64,000 nucleotides of DNA from Macrostomum lignano (Eukaryota). This document shows, one piece after another, positions 63,301 to 64,000 of the stretch. Every line of letters starts with the position of its first letter. Position 1 is the stretch's first letter. The stretch covers positions 124,001 through 188,000 of the forward strand of contig NIVC01000530.1 of NCBI GenBank assembly GCA_002269645.1. The letters are read 5' to 3'. The notes under the pieces were generated by a model that saw only the letters and a program-made list of their open reading frames with translations, was not told the DNA's origin and did no database searches. Position numbers and translations under genes: made by a program.

Positions 63301-64000
63301 GGTAGTGAATAATCTTAGCTATGGTTTTTTTAAAACTAGAAATAGGCGGATAGTTGCAGTGTTAGCTAGGCCCTATTCATCACGACATCAGTATCAAAAA
63401 CAAAAAGTCACTGTGAGATGATCTATCTGGACTGTTGCCGGGCATTGGATGAATAAAAATTTATGTATATCGGTGGATGTATTGTCAAAGTTTTCTGATA
63501 TTTTAGTACCAAAAATTAAATACAAATATTTTTTTACCATTTTATGCATACTGTACTGTAGTGCAGTGCAGTGTATAGTAAAGCTTTTTGAATTGCTGTC
63601 TATTGTGTGGTGTGTCATGTGTGCTACCTACAAGTAGGTCTACTACCTAAGCCAAGGCCCTATAAAAATGGTTCTCATGAACATTCATTTGACATTTGTC
63701 AAAAAATTTAGTTGTATGGATATTTACATATATTAAAAATTTACTTGCATATGCTACTTTGGTTTTACCTAGAAACTTACTTTTTAAGCCTAGTATAGGC
63801 CTAGATATTGAAATTAGTTGTCATAGGATTGGTTTTGAGCCTAGGAATATACACTTTACTATTTAGGCCATAGTCAAATACTTAGCCCACAGTATAGCCA
63901 TGGTATACCTAGTAGCTATAAGAGCATATTGCTAGTGCTGGTTTAAATTCCTAAGTACTTAGGCTAAGTTTTTGTTTAGATATTGCCTGCTGTGCCGACC

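Overview
Eukaryotic (metazoan) genomic DNA. GC-rich exons with poly-Q/poly-A tracts and minisatellite-filled introns suggest a macrostomid flatworm such as Macrostomum (inference only). Five genes are supported: the last coding exon of pumilio (+), an intronless foxA (-), calmodulin (-), a MARCH-type RING-CH membrane E3 ligase (-), and a complete 8-exon, 869-aa retinoblastoma-family gene (-). I located Rb exon 1 by hand at 62804-62909; it lies across a 19.2-kb first intron. That intron holds decayed DNA transposons (pogo-type transposase, adjacent OTU protease remnant, MULE-like element with 9-bp TSD, CMC/EnSpm-like element), and these show a strong CpG-transition signature that is absent from the arrays in the left 43 kb. 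Most interesting observations: (1) two tandem alternative last exons of calmodulin (FVKMMTTK vs FVTMMTTK); (2) Rb introns with 7-8 bp direct repeats across both splice junctions, each filled by its own minisatellite; (3) an Rb protein with only five S/T-P sites; (4) a cluster of FoxA motifs downstream of foxA and a Sox-site array upstream of it; (5) a pogo remnant with an apparent intron next to OTU (and possibly PWWP-like) cargo. All coordinates and counts were read by eye; no database searches were run.
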